Below are positions 1 to 11,190 of a stretch of 64,000 nucleotides of DNA, in pieces; the stretch's first letter is position 1, and each line of letters begins with the position of its first letter. Made by a program: the position numbers and the translations under genes. Location of the stretch: assembly GCF_006345805.1 (NCBI RefSeq), contig NC_043010.1:58590001-58654000 (forward strand), in the 5' to 3' direction. This DNA is from Octopus sinensis (taxonomy: Eukaryota). The notes under the pieces are model-generated. The model saw only the letters and a list, made by a program, of their open reading frames with translations, had not been told where the DNA came from and did not search any database.

Positions 1-279
1 TTTGCAAGAATTTGTGAGCTATTTTCAGCATTTTGAATGACAGGTGTAGAGTCTTGCTGAAACTCTGTGGCTGAAGATCGTGGGAGTTAACATAATTCCA
101 ATGATGAGGACAGCTGAGATGATGAGGATGACAAAAAGTGATGACATTACCAGCACTGCCACAATGTCAACAATGATGATCAGGAGGGGGAGGATTATGC
201 AAAAAGAATAAATCTGATTGGATATAGACCCATAAACAGAGTCGGGAGGGTGGATGGGTGGAATAATGGAGAGAGGTAG

Positions 280-351
280 GAAGATAGACAGAGAGACAGA
301 CAGGTGTACAGGTAGAGACAAAGACAAACAGAATGATGAGTAGATAGATAT

Positions 352-410
<59 letters not shown>

Positions 411-520
411 ACAGACAGATAGATGGCTAGGAAGACAGACAAGAGACAGGAAGAATGCAGACAGATAGGTAACTAGATAGATTGATAGATGGAGACAGAC
501 AGATTGGCAGATAGATTATA
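280..520. repeat. Compound (GATA)n/(GACA)n microsatellite in intron 2 of gene A
   Basis: Runs of tagatagata and gacagacaga are visible directly; they explain the SIYL-repeat ORFs at 25..411 and 167..442. Confidence 0.95.
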
Positions 521-530
521 AGTAACTTAC

Positions 531-2951
531 CAATATTGTATTGGGTGGACTCTTCTCCAGGGTACCCACGTTTGACCAATCAATCTGAGACTCATACTGC
601 GGGTAGAAATCTTCCTTACATTCCACAAATGGCATGTTTCTATTATTCATCTCTGAAGAGTACCTCACTGGGGTACCAGGAATACTGCTGCTCTGACACG
701 GTAAAGGTTGATCAATTCTGTTACATATAGCTGACCTATTAACACCTTTCCTAGTGCTCTTGGCAGAGCGAGACTGACCACTGCTACATTTCACAATACA
801 CAGTGTGATCGACACTACAATCACCACAGCTACTATTACAGCTGCTACTACAAGGATAATCAATAATGGTACGTCCAGTGTTCTGTTCTTCTCTAAGTGG
901 ACAGTCGGCATCGGTGCTGATGTCTTGTTAGTGACCCTTAATGACAAAGACACAGTAGTTGTGGCTGACAACACTGGGCTTCCAGAATCCTTGACCACAA
1001 GCACCAGTGCGTATGAGCCAGCATCGTTGAGATGAGGTGCACGCGAGAAAGACATTTGACCAGTTAAAGAGTTGAGTGTAAACAAGCGTTTATTGTTACC
1101 GTCAAGTATTCCATATTTGAGGAACGCATTTAAATGACTGTCTCTGTCAGACGCTCTAATCACAGTGATGGCATTGGTACTTTGCGGGTGGTAGTGGACA
1201 TTGATATGGAAAGGGTCAGTTGTAGGGTAGATGAAATACGGATTATTGTCGTTTCTGTCTAAAACCTCAACAACAACATTCGCTGTGTTATTCAACGACG
1301 GTTTACCATTGTCTTTGACAAAAACCTCAAACTTATACATGTCTTCTTCTTCTCTGTCCAATGGTATGTTGCTGGTAATAAAACCATAATCACTCACCTG
1401 GAACGGTATGTTATTTCTGTCTTTACTCAACAGTGAGAACGTCAGTTGACCAGCACTTGCCAGGTCTGGGTCAGTGGCATTGATAAAACCTATAGGAAAG
1501 TTTGCTTTACCATTCTCATAGGTGAGGAAGTGGAATGTATCTTTGGTAAATTGCGGTTGCACATCATTCACATCCATTACTTGGATTGAGATCTTTCTCT
1601 CCGTCTTTAAAGCAGGGCTTCCATTGTCTTCACACACAATTCTCATGTTGAAATGGTCTAATGTTTCTCTGTCAAGTGGTTTCTTCAGAGTAATCTTGTA
1701 TTCCTTTGATCCTAAATGTGAGAGGACAACTTTATCATGTTCTAATTTACAACTCACTTCTCCATTCGCTCCAAAATCATTGTCCACCACATTCACATAA
1801 GCAAGAAAACTGCCCACTTTAGTTCCTTCGTAAATCGCTGCAGTGTCCTTCTTCAATTCAGACACAAAATTGATCCCTATTTTGGGAGGATGGTTCTTTT
1901 CATTGAGAATATTCACTCGTACAATGGCAAAGGAATTTAAAGAAGGATTCCCTCCATCTTTCGCCTCCACATACATCTTGAGAATATTCTTTGTTTGTGA
2001 TAATGGTTTTTCTACAAATAATTCCCCAGTTTGTTGGTTCAGTCTGAAATGTCTTCTTGTACGTTCTGGTGTTTCCGGACTAAAGAAATAAGACACTTTA
2101 CCATTGTTGCCAGAATCTGGGTCTTTTGCAGACAATGTCAAAATGGGGTTGTTGTTAGGATGTGTATTTTTGATGGAAATATTGTAAATATGTTTTGAAA
2201 AAATCGGTGAGTTATCATTCACATCAATTATTTTTATATGAACATGTAAAATTCCTTCTTTTGAAGGCTGCCCTCCATCATTAGCTATCACTTCTAGATT
2301 GTAACTATCTTTGATTTCTCTGTCTAGTTTTTCTCCAAGAATAATTCCTATCTTTGCTCTTCCTGTGATGGTTTTTCTCACAGACAATATAAATGGATCA
2401 CTAAATTGTTTCTTCAATTTATATGTAATTTCTGAATTTTCCATTCCAACATCTTTGTCAAAGGCATCTGGAATTAATCTTTCGGCTCCTTCTCCATCAC
2501 GTTCATCAAATGTAATATTCAGTTGTGTCTGAGCAAACTCAGGGCTGTGATCATTAATGTCTTCTATAATAACCTGAATTTTAATAATTTTCAAAAATGT
2601 CTTCCTTCTACGTACAGCAACTTTGATGTATCTAACACACTCTGATTCATATGTACACAGTTTCTCAGCATCCAATGTTTGAGCCGTGTACAATTTACCA
2701 TCTTGTGTGACGTTGAATAAATGTGAATTCTCTGTCCATTGCTGTTGCATTTGGTTGTATGTGATGAAATTATTTCCCACAAGAGAGTCCGTTTCTTCCA
2801 TCTGTGTGTCAGCAGCAATATCCCCAACAAAAGTAAAGGGACTGCTTTCTTCTTCTACATGATAGCTCAGATCTACACAGACACAACTGTGTAGTAATAG
2901 ATTGAGGACATTTGCAAGTAAGTATGTATTCCACACACAGCCTACTTCCAT
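531..2951 (-). CDS. Protocadherin A, main coding exon (807 codons: signal peptide, EC1-EC6, TM, cytoplasmic tail)
   Basis: ORF track 516..2954. The first true ATG is at 2951 (the track's first codon is GTG). Cadherin motifs DINDHSPEF, LDRE, DVNDNSP, DxD; EC1 Cys-X5-Cys (CTYESEC) typical of protocadherins; TM LLIILVVAAVIVAVVIVVSITLCIV. Acceptor TTTCAG| at 2984; phase-0 donor TTG|GTAAGT at 531/530. Confidence 0.96.
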
Positions 2952-3633
2952 CACAGAATGTTAAATCATATCTCGTTAGTTTATCTGAAATTACAGAAGA
3001 AAATTTTTATTGAAAAATTTCACTGAATGTTTGAGATTTTAAAAAGAATTTTTTGTTGAAATTGTTAAAAATTTCATGTCAATTATGGTAAAGCTGAAAG
3101 AAAGGAGTGAACATTTATGACATGTCTTCGTGTATGTCGTGGCATTATTCACTAAATTGTTTTCTATCAAGAGAACCCTTGTAGATATTACAGATGATGC
3201 AGTTTTACTTAGTAGAAAGAAAATGGTACATGCTTGTAAAGTTGGATATAAATCCAGTGATTTATATCCACCAAGAGCGTGGCAATTGTGTATTTGATAA
3301 GAATTTCAGACTTCTTCGAAGTAGTCTTAAATATCTCCTTAAGCGTGGAGATACTGAAAATAAATACGGGAGGTAACTGCATATATTGTGGGGCAATGTT
3401 TGATTGTCTCCCTTATGTAAGGAATGCACTGGGGAGAAATTTTTAAAACATGGAATGGTCTGAAATTTCTTGTCACAATTGCATATTTTCTTTAAAGTAT
3501 AGATATCTCAATCTCTTTTCCACTAACTAGTCTTTCCATGAATTGACAGAATTATTGTTATTTAACTATAGAAGCATTAACATCAATTCTTTTATTCAAC
3601 ATCAAAATTCAGGGATGATAGTGATGCTACCTA

Positions 3634-3670
<37 letters not shown>

Positions 3671-3904
3671 ATATATATATCTTTCTAATTAGTAATTACT
3701 TACTCAAACCTCAAATAATTTTATCAAAGTTAACTTCAGCTTAACATCAGACACTGTTTTTTCATTAAAAGAAAACTTTCATCCCAAAGTGATCATCTCA
3801 ACAGGCTGCTGCTGCTGTTGCTTCCTCTTCTTCTTCTCCCCCACTCCCTTATTCTGTGTGTCTCTGTGTAGAGGTACTCATTATACAAATATAAGTTAAG
3901 CATT

Positions 3905-4480
3905 AACAGGCTAAAGAAGGTCTTCACCCACGTATGGTGTTGTTATCTGTTTGATGGGATATGAAAGGTTTAGTCCACTTTGAACTTTTAACTCCTAAAC
4001 CAAATGATAACAAAGGAGATCCACTGTGAGCAGCTTGAATGGCTTAAGCCAATGCTAGAAGAAAAATGACTGTCTCTGGTTTCGAGAAGAAAGGTGTTCT
4101 TCCATCAGGATAATGCTTGGCCACAGACAGTGAGGATGACATTCCAAAGGCTGGAGCAGTTTGAATGGGAAACGATGCCCCACCCACCATATTCACTGGA
4201 CATTGCCCCATTTGATTATCATTTATTCCGCAATCTTCAAAATCACTTGGATGGAAAAAATATGAATTCTATAGACGAGGTCAAAACAAAACTGGAGGAG
4301 TATTTTTCATCATGGACAAGTGAATTTTGGAAGAGGAGTCTTGCAAGTCTCCCAGACAGAAGGAAGAGCATTGTAGAAAATGAAAGAGAGAATATTTTAG
4401 ATTAAAAAGAACTTCGTTTATCTTAATTTTGAAAAATAAGAGAAGTATAAATAAAACACAATATTTATGAGATGTCAAAA
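3905..4480 (+). mobile_element. Mariner transposase 3' fragment in intron 1 of gene A
   Basis: ORF 4094..4405 has FHQDNAWPQT and YSLDIAPFDYHLF, matching the mariner HDNARPH and YSPDLAPSDYHLF motifs. Absent from the homologous intron in B, C and D. Ends are approximate. Confidence 0.88.
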
Positions 4481-6015
4481 TATGTTAGCATGATATTATG
4501 TGACATATGTCTGAATATCACATTGAATAATATTCTAACCACATTTGAAATTAATTAATCTAGATGTCAAATGAAAATTAAGATTTCTTTCCAGGAAATA
4601 GATACATTTAAAACTGTATTGAACAATCAAGGTAAAATAATTCTGGATGATTTCTCAATAAAATCCTTTACAGAAATCAGAAAACCTTACCGAAAGTAGG
4701 AATGCTTCAACATCCAAATTAAAAGATTGGATTTCTTCAAGTTAATAACTTAAAGTCATCCCATTTTGGTGAGAACAGAAGAATCTGTCAGTTGTCCCCT
4801 GTATCCAATAGCAACAGAACTGGGCCTCAGTGTTTTGGTCCCTTCCACTGGAAACGACCCTAAAGTATATTGAATTATAACAACAATATTATATTCCATA
4901 TCAAACAAATAAGAGAGAGAAAGACAGAGAGGAGAAGAGACAGACAGATAGACACACAGACAGACAAACAGACAGAGAGACGGATGGTCAGAGCGATGGA
5001 TATTCAAACAGACAGATATAGTTTTGATAGATATAGATTTATAACAATTCTTATGTACCATGATGTTTATATGAGAGATGAATGACATTCATGCAGAGTG
5101 TTCTGTATATATATATATATATGAGTGTATGTATGTATGTATGTATGCATAATAGGATATATATGTTTGTGTGTTTATGCATGTGTGTAAATATATATCT
5201 ATATATATATATCTATATATATATATATATATAACAACAAAAATGTTATATCTTGGACACAGAGTTACCCAATGTTTTGCATCCACAAAGCAAAGCCTTG
5301 TGGACATCCCGTCAGACTCTATACAAATACAAAATCTAAAATCTCTGCATTGCAGTTGTGAGCAAATGCTCAGAAGTCGAGGCTTTGTAGATGTGAAACC
5401 TTGGGTTACTCCATGTCCAACTTATAAAACTTTTCTTGTAATAATTACTGCTCTATTCTTTAGACTATGCTTCTTTCTGATTTATGTCATTTTAGACGTC
5501 TCCCTGACATAGTTTATGAGGGTTTAGCATATACACTTACTGCTAAACATTATATACTGTAAATATGCAGTTATAGACAGTTTTGTATGTCATATAGACT
5601 GCAGGAAATACATAGAAGTCTCACTGATAGAAATATATAGAAAATATATACACTTTTATTATACATTAAACTGTAAATATTCTCCCTATCCTACGGAATA
5701 TTCTACATCTTTACACTGTTCAATACACAATAAACTCTAAATACACAATTTGCGTTATGTAAATCCATAATTAGAGAAATATGAACATGACTGTATATAA
5801 GAAATTTGATCATCGAAGATAAACGAGAAAAAAAGGCTTCAACAAGCAAGATTTCTCATCATTATATAGCCATGTTTAAAAATATATACACCAGTGATTA
5901 TACACAAATTAACAATATATAACATATTGCTCATGCTGAAATGTGAATATATACACTGTACAATATCTTAAACAATAAATACTGACAGAACCAAACACAG
6001 ATATATATATATATA

Positions 6016-6110
6016 CTTTATTTTAAGCAGCAGAAAATTCAACAAAATCTGTTACTCTGAGTTTCTCAGAGTAACAGATTTTGTTGAATTTTCTGCTGCT
6101 TAAAATAAAG
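6016..6110. repeat. Perfect palindrome, 46-bp arms with a 3-nt loop
   Basis: 6016-6061 (ctttattttaagcagcagaaaattcaacaaaatctgttactctgag) is the exact reverse complement of 6065-6110; loop ttt. Confidence 0.97.
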
Positions 6111-6179
6111 CATATTACTCTACCACTGGTATTTGAGTACTCTTTTTTCCACCTTGTTTCACATTTATGTGTTTACTCC

Positions 6180-6223
<44 letters not shown>

Positions 6224-7089
6224 ATTATATATATTTACACAAGACAATTAATCACCAAATGACTCTGTATCACAGCAAAATGTCTGCTGCTATTCACAAT
6301 ATACAACAATGTGTCCAACAAATGGCTATCATTATTAATATTATTATTATTTTCAATATTACTAATCCACACACACCACAGAAGAAAAAAAAGATCCACT
6401 TGTATTTCTATGTCTTGTTGTCTTCACTTTGACACTAAAATATATTTTCCACAACAAATTGCTCACACAATCCCTCAAACAACCATGTCTGACATCAGAA
6501 CGATATCTGCTACTCTGTGATTATAGATTCATTATGAAGACCTCCTTCGTTAAATCGTTTCTATAAATGCTTTTAGAACATCATTTATACATTGTGATAT
6601 GATAAAATGAATAGAGAAATATTAAGTAAGAAATATTTCTGGGAATATAATGATATATTGTTAGAGTGTCTGCAGGAAATCTACAAATGAAATAATCTGG
6701 CTAAAGAGAAGAGACAGAATGTTGTGAAGACAAAATGGAGATTTCCTGTGAGAAATGAGATTTAGTGAGACAAACTTTGCATCTAATTTCACCGAACCAA
6801 CAACATAGGAGACTAAAACAATAACAATTATTATAAACTCTATCAATATAGAACCAGAATATTTGTGAGATGACACTGGATTATTAAATAATCTAATAAT
6901 AATAATAATAATAATAGTTAGTATTTTGCCCAGTGAAGTTGTATGTTGTGAGTAAAACATTTGCTGATATTTGTGAGTGATATAAGGGTGTTTCTCTGAA
7001 TGTCCCTTTGTTTTCTCTGTCTCTTATATATTTTCACATGATATTAAAGAGGAAAGATGGGAAATGAAAGAAGATAGATGTAGACTTAC

Positions 7090-7325
7090 CTCCATTGTCT
7101 CATCCATAATCAGTGTGGCAGTGTGTGAGGGAGTGTCTAGTGGTGTGTCACTCTGTGTGTGTGTGTGTGGTAGTAGAGATGTGGATCTCAGGCTGTAACT
7201 ACTGCTGCTGTTGTTTCTGCTGCTGTAGTCTGCTGCACACACACACACACACACACTGCTTCTACACACATACTGCAGTGATGTGTGTGTGTCATAAGAG
7301 CTGTGTATAGACTGTGTGCTGTGTA
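7090..7325 (-). other. Putative 5' leader exon of gene A
   Basis: Block conserved in all four units, ending in a strong donor GAG|GTAAGT (7090/7089). The 5' end is estimated as ~30 nt downstream of a TATAAA. Confidence 0.7.
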
Positions 7326-7351
7326 AATATACACAGTTTGTAGTTCTATGG

Positions 7352-7357
7352 TTTATA
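7352..7357 (-). promoter_or_regulatory. TATA-like box upstream of the leader exon (also at 17278-17283 and 26466-26471; absent from unit D)
   Basis: GACTATAAACC on the minus strand at the same position in units A, B and C. The genome is AT-rich, so specificity is low. Confidence 0.4.
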
Positions 7358-7597
7358 GTCTAACAATGGAGTGTTGCAACGATGTGTGATGTGTAGTAAC
7401 TCTATCGGTTGTGTTGGGACACAAGTTAATGTGTTGTTGTATATAGATATACAATAGAGGATACGTTTATCGTTTGTTTAAAAACATGATTGTATGTAAA
7501 TATTTATGTATATTTATGTATGGTTGCATGTGGCTAGTGTTTATTCTCCCTACCTGCCAGATTGTCAGACTGTTTTACTTTTTGCTACCCTCTAAGA

Positions 7598-7657
<60 letters not shown>

Positions 7658-7859
7658 ATGTATGTATGTGTATATTTATATATTATAAAATATATTTAGC
7701 ATTTCTCAAAATATATTTACATAAATATCAATATCCTGATCATTATGTTCATGATTGGATAAGTTAATGAGTTATTCAAAGTTTTGCTCCAGTGTGGACT
7801 GTTCAATTCAGGGTCTAATATCTGAGTAGTCTGAGAAGTTTTGTATATGCATAAATCAA

Positions 7860-7860
7860 C

Positions 7861-7907
<47 letters not shown>

Positions 7908-7913
7908 TGTATA

Positions 7914-7954
<41 letters not shown>

Positions 7955-7974
7955 TGTATATAAATATGTATATG

Positions 7975-8047
<73 letters not shown>

Positions 8048-8072
8048 TATGTATATTATATATATATATATG

Positions 8073-8104
<32 letters not shown>

Positions 8105-8108
8105 TATA

Positions 8109-8142
<34 letters not shown>

Positions 8143-8238
8143 GTAGATGGATATATAAAGATACACATGAATGTATGCATGTAAGTATATGTGCATATAT
8201 GTAAGTTATATATATATGTATGTATATTTTTATATATT

Positions 8239-8283
<45 letters not shown>

Positions 8284-8403
8284 GTATGTATATTTTTATA
8301 TATTTGCATATATATATATATAAATATGTATATAAATATGTATATAAATATGTATATAAATATGTATATAAATATGTATATGTATATATATATATAAATA
8401 TGT

Positions 8404-8434
<31 letters not shown>

Positions 8435-8464
8435 AATATATACATTATCATATATGTATATATA

Positions 8465-8524
<60 letters not shown>

Positions 8525-8525
8525 G
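7860..8525. repeat. Long interrupted (TA)n microsatellite field
   Basis: Directly visible; source of the YIYI ORFs. Confidence 0.95.
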
Positions 8526-9008
8526 TACATGGAGTTGTATCCATAGCTGTACATATAACTGTATGTATGCACATTAATGTGTGTGTGTGTGTGTGTGTGT
8601 AAATATTTATATATAGAGAGAGAGGTGGGGAGATGTGAACCTTAGAGAGAAGACAGCAAAGGAATGCAACAAATTGTGTGATATAGAGTTGAATGGGTTC
8701 AAGCCTAGCTAGGAATGTATAGGAAAAACTGGATATTAGCACAGGGATAAAGTGTGTTTGTGTATACACATAGGGTGAAAATTTGTATGAATGTGTTAAT
8801 GTGTCTTTCTGTGTGTGCATTGATGTAATGTGTGTAGGTGTGTGTATACAAGTACAGTCTTATGTGTGTCTGTGTTTGTGATTCTTGTGTGTGCTGTTAA
8901 GAATGTGTCCATCAAATATTCCACTATGGTAAGATGGTAAGATCCTCACAGAATATTCCAGAGTCTGTCTGTGTAACAATATCTTTTTTCCTTGGCAGAA
9001 ATGTGGTT

Positions 9009-9032
9009 TTATTTTTTAATTCTTGTTGGTAA
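9009..9032 (-). CDS. Putative terminal coding exon of gene B (LPTRIKK*)
   Basis: Strong acceptor ctctttctctctttctttctccattccag| at 9032. Phase 0 matches the upstream donor and gives TTA CCA ACA AGA ATT AAA AAA TAA. The same block follows genes C and D. Confidence 0.6.
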   Translation of the reverse strand, partial: LPTRIKK

Positions 9033-10159
9033 CTGGAATGGAGAAAGAAAGAGAGAAAGAGTTTAACAGAACATTGATTAAAGTATGTCACCTCAAATGT
9101 ATGCCAGACAATATATCTGACAGCTTTCATGGTGACCCAATGTATTAGAGGCCTTTGTCTTGTCTTTAAAGTACATCGGTTGGAGGGGGCCTTCTTCAGA
9201 AGTTCCAGTTCTGAGAAGTGTGGGACACTTTCTTAGCCTCTATTGTTACCAGATCTGCTCTGACCCCAGGTAGTAGCACCCACTGAAATTTTAGCATTTC
9301 ATGGAATGGCATCGAGATAATTTACAGACATCATAACAAGCCCAGGGCAGATGAAACCCTTCAGCTTTTTAGCAGGTCGTCTAAGAGAAGGTAAATCCAG
9401 ACAAATCCTGCATCCTGCTAACTACTGGACCCCTGGATTTTGTTACATCAGATCAATACAAGTTTGGAGGACAGGAGAATGGGACGGGCTCTGCACAAAC
9501 CATGCACACAATAACAATAACACCCTGGTGCATTGTGGGGTGATTTATTGATCCTTTAAACATGGCTAAGAGAGTAAACCCCTACAAAACATCCAGAGGG
9601 AGGGACACTAAGGCACTTATATACAAATATACCAAAAGCTGGCATCCACTTTGGTTCCATTGATGCAGCAAATTTATTGACATGTCTGTTCTTCATAGCT
9701 GGCATCGATGAGTGGATAGGTGAGAAATATGGTTCGGACAAGACGCATTTTATTCTGGAAACAGCTGATGCGCAGAAGAGGTGGCTACTCACTTCAGAAT
9801 ACCGTTGACCAATAATGAAAATATTGTAGTTACGTGTGAGCTATGTAAGACTATATATCTGACCAATCTATGGCATGGATTCTGTGTAATCAAACGTATG
9901 ACTGGGAATATATCTGATCAAAATATTCACCAATGTATGACATATCATGTTTGACCAAAGAATTGGCAAGCAGCATATCAGCCCATTGTATGACAGACAT
10001 TATGACGGACCAATGTATGACACAGATTATAGAAACAATCTTACGCTCCCTTTTCCCTACTCATGTTCAACATGACCATAAACACCAATCCCACTAACAT
10101 TTAATAAATGAAGGGACTTCACACTATGTGATGGTCCCTTATCTTTCATGTTTCACTAG

Positions 10160-10510
10160 TTTAAGTCATTTGACAGTGGCCATGCTGGGGCAATATTTTG
10201 CAGGGATTTACTTGAACCAATTGACCCCCAAGACTTTTTTTTTCTTAAGTCCGTCTCTTTTGTTTAACTGCTAACTATGGACATAAACACACCAACACCG
10301 GTTGTCAAGTAGTGGTGGTGCAGGGACAAACACAGAAACAATGACACTCACACATTAATGTATATATACGATGGGATGCTTTCAGTTTCTGTCTAACAAA
10401 TCTTCTCCCTTGGCTTTGGTAAGCCCATGGCTATGATAGAATGTGCCAGTGTGCCACACAATGGCACAGAACAGAACCATGTGATTGGAAAACAAGGTTC
10501 TTACCTGATA
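10160..10510 (-). mobile_element. Decayed tRNA-derived SINE
   Basis: Shares catttgac-gtggccatgctgg, tttcagtttc...aaatc...ggctttggt and gaaccatgtg-ttgg-aa-caag blocks with the copies at 44.7-45.2 kb and 54.9-55.6 kb. Confidence 0.65.
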
Positions 10511-11190
10511 GCCATGCCTGTGTGTTATACTGACCTCCCACGTTTGAAATTAAAAAGACCCCCTCCCCATTAAGGTATTCACCATATGGCTAGGATACAC
10601 GTGTAGTTACTTAATCCCATATGAAACCCCAAAGACCCCATCCAATTTACATTATTCATGGAAATTCACAACACCTAACAACCACACACACACACACACA
10701 CACTGTATCTTCTCACTGTATTTCCTACCCCTACAACAATATCCTCTGCTCCACTCAGATAACAGTCACAGTACTTCCCTGTCTATAATCCATCACAGCC
10801 ACCCGTTTTCATGCTGAACACAATACTTCCACCCCAGCATCATTAATTCCATCCCTCATATTCTACTCGTGTCATTAGGAATCAGAAGAAGTTCAAAACT
10901 TAATCAATACTAAAGATACTCAATCAATCTATAAAAGTAATTAGCAGTATCCCTCCAACTCCAATTAACTGATTACAGATAGACATATATCCACTTCAAG
11001 TCTATAAGCAAGCTAGGATACATTAGGGGTCAAAATATATATTGTGGTGCGTTGTTGGGCTCTGCCGAGTATATGGCAAGCTGAAAGGCATTGACATGAT
11101 ATTGGGGGTGGTTGTGGAAGTGATAACGATGATGATGGCAGTAGTGGTGGTGATGGCAGTTGGGGTGGTGATTAGTAAACTTATACTTAC

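Noticed and set aside
536-2830. Recurrent short ORFs overlapping the protocadherin exons (e.g. MIDTTITT..., MRKWNVS..., MLGILLL...), repeated in each unit
   Set aside because: Shadow or alternate-frame ORFs, conserved only because the underlying exon is duplicated.
7135-7150. CCACTAG half-match to a CTCF core in the leader exon, as an analogue of the vertebrate Pcdh promoter CSE
   Set aside because: Only 7 bases match, the GGGCGC half is absent, and I saw no CGCT box.
7474-8820. [12 protein letters not shown] and similar low-complexity ORFs here and throughout the window
   Set aside because: Translations of (TA)n, (CA)n and (GATA)n microsatellites.
11023-11190. Thr-rich C-terminal extension of gene B in the ORF track, and equivalent tails in A, C and D
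   Set aside because: It lies past a consensus GTAAGT donor shared by all copies and differs between copies, so it is intron read-through unless retention is shown.
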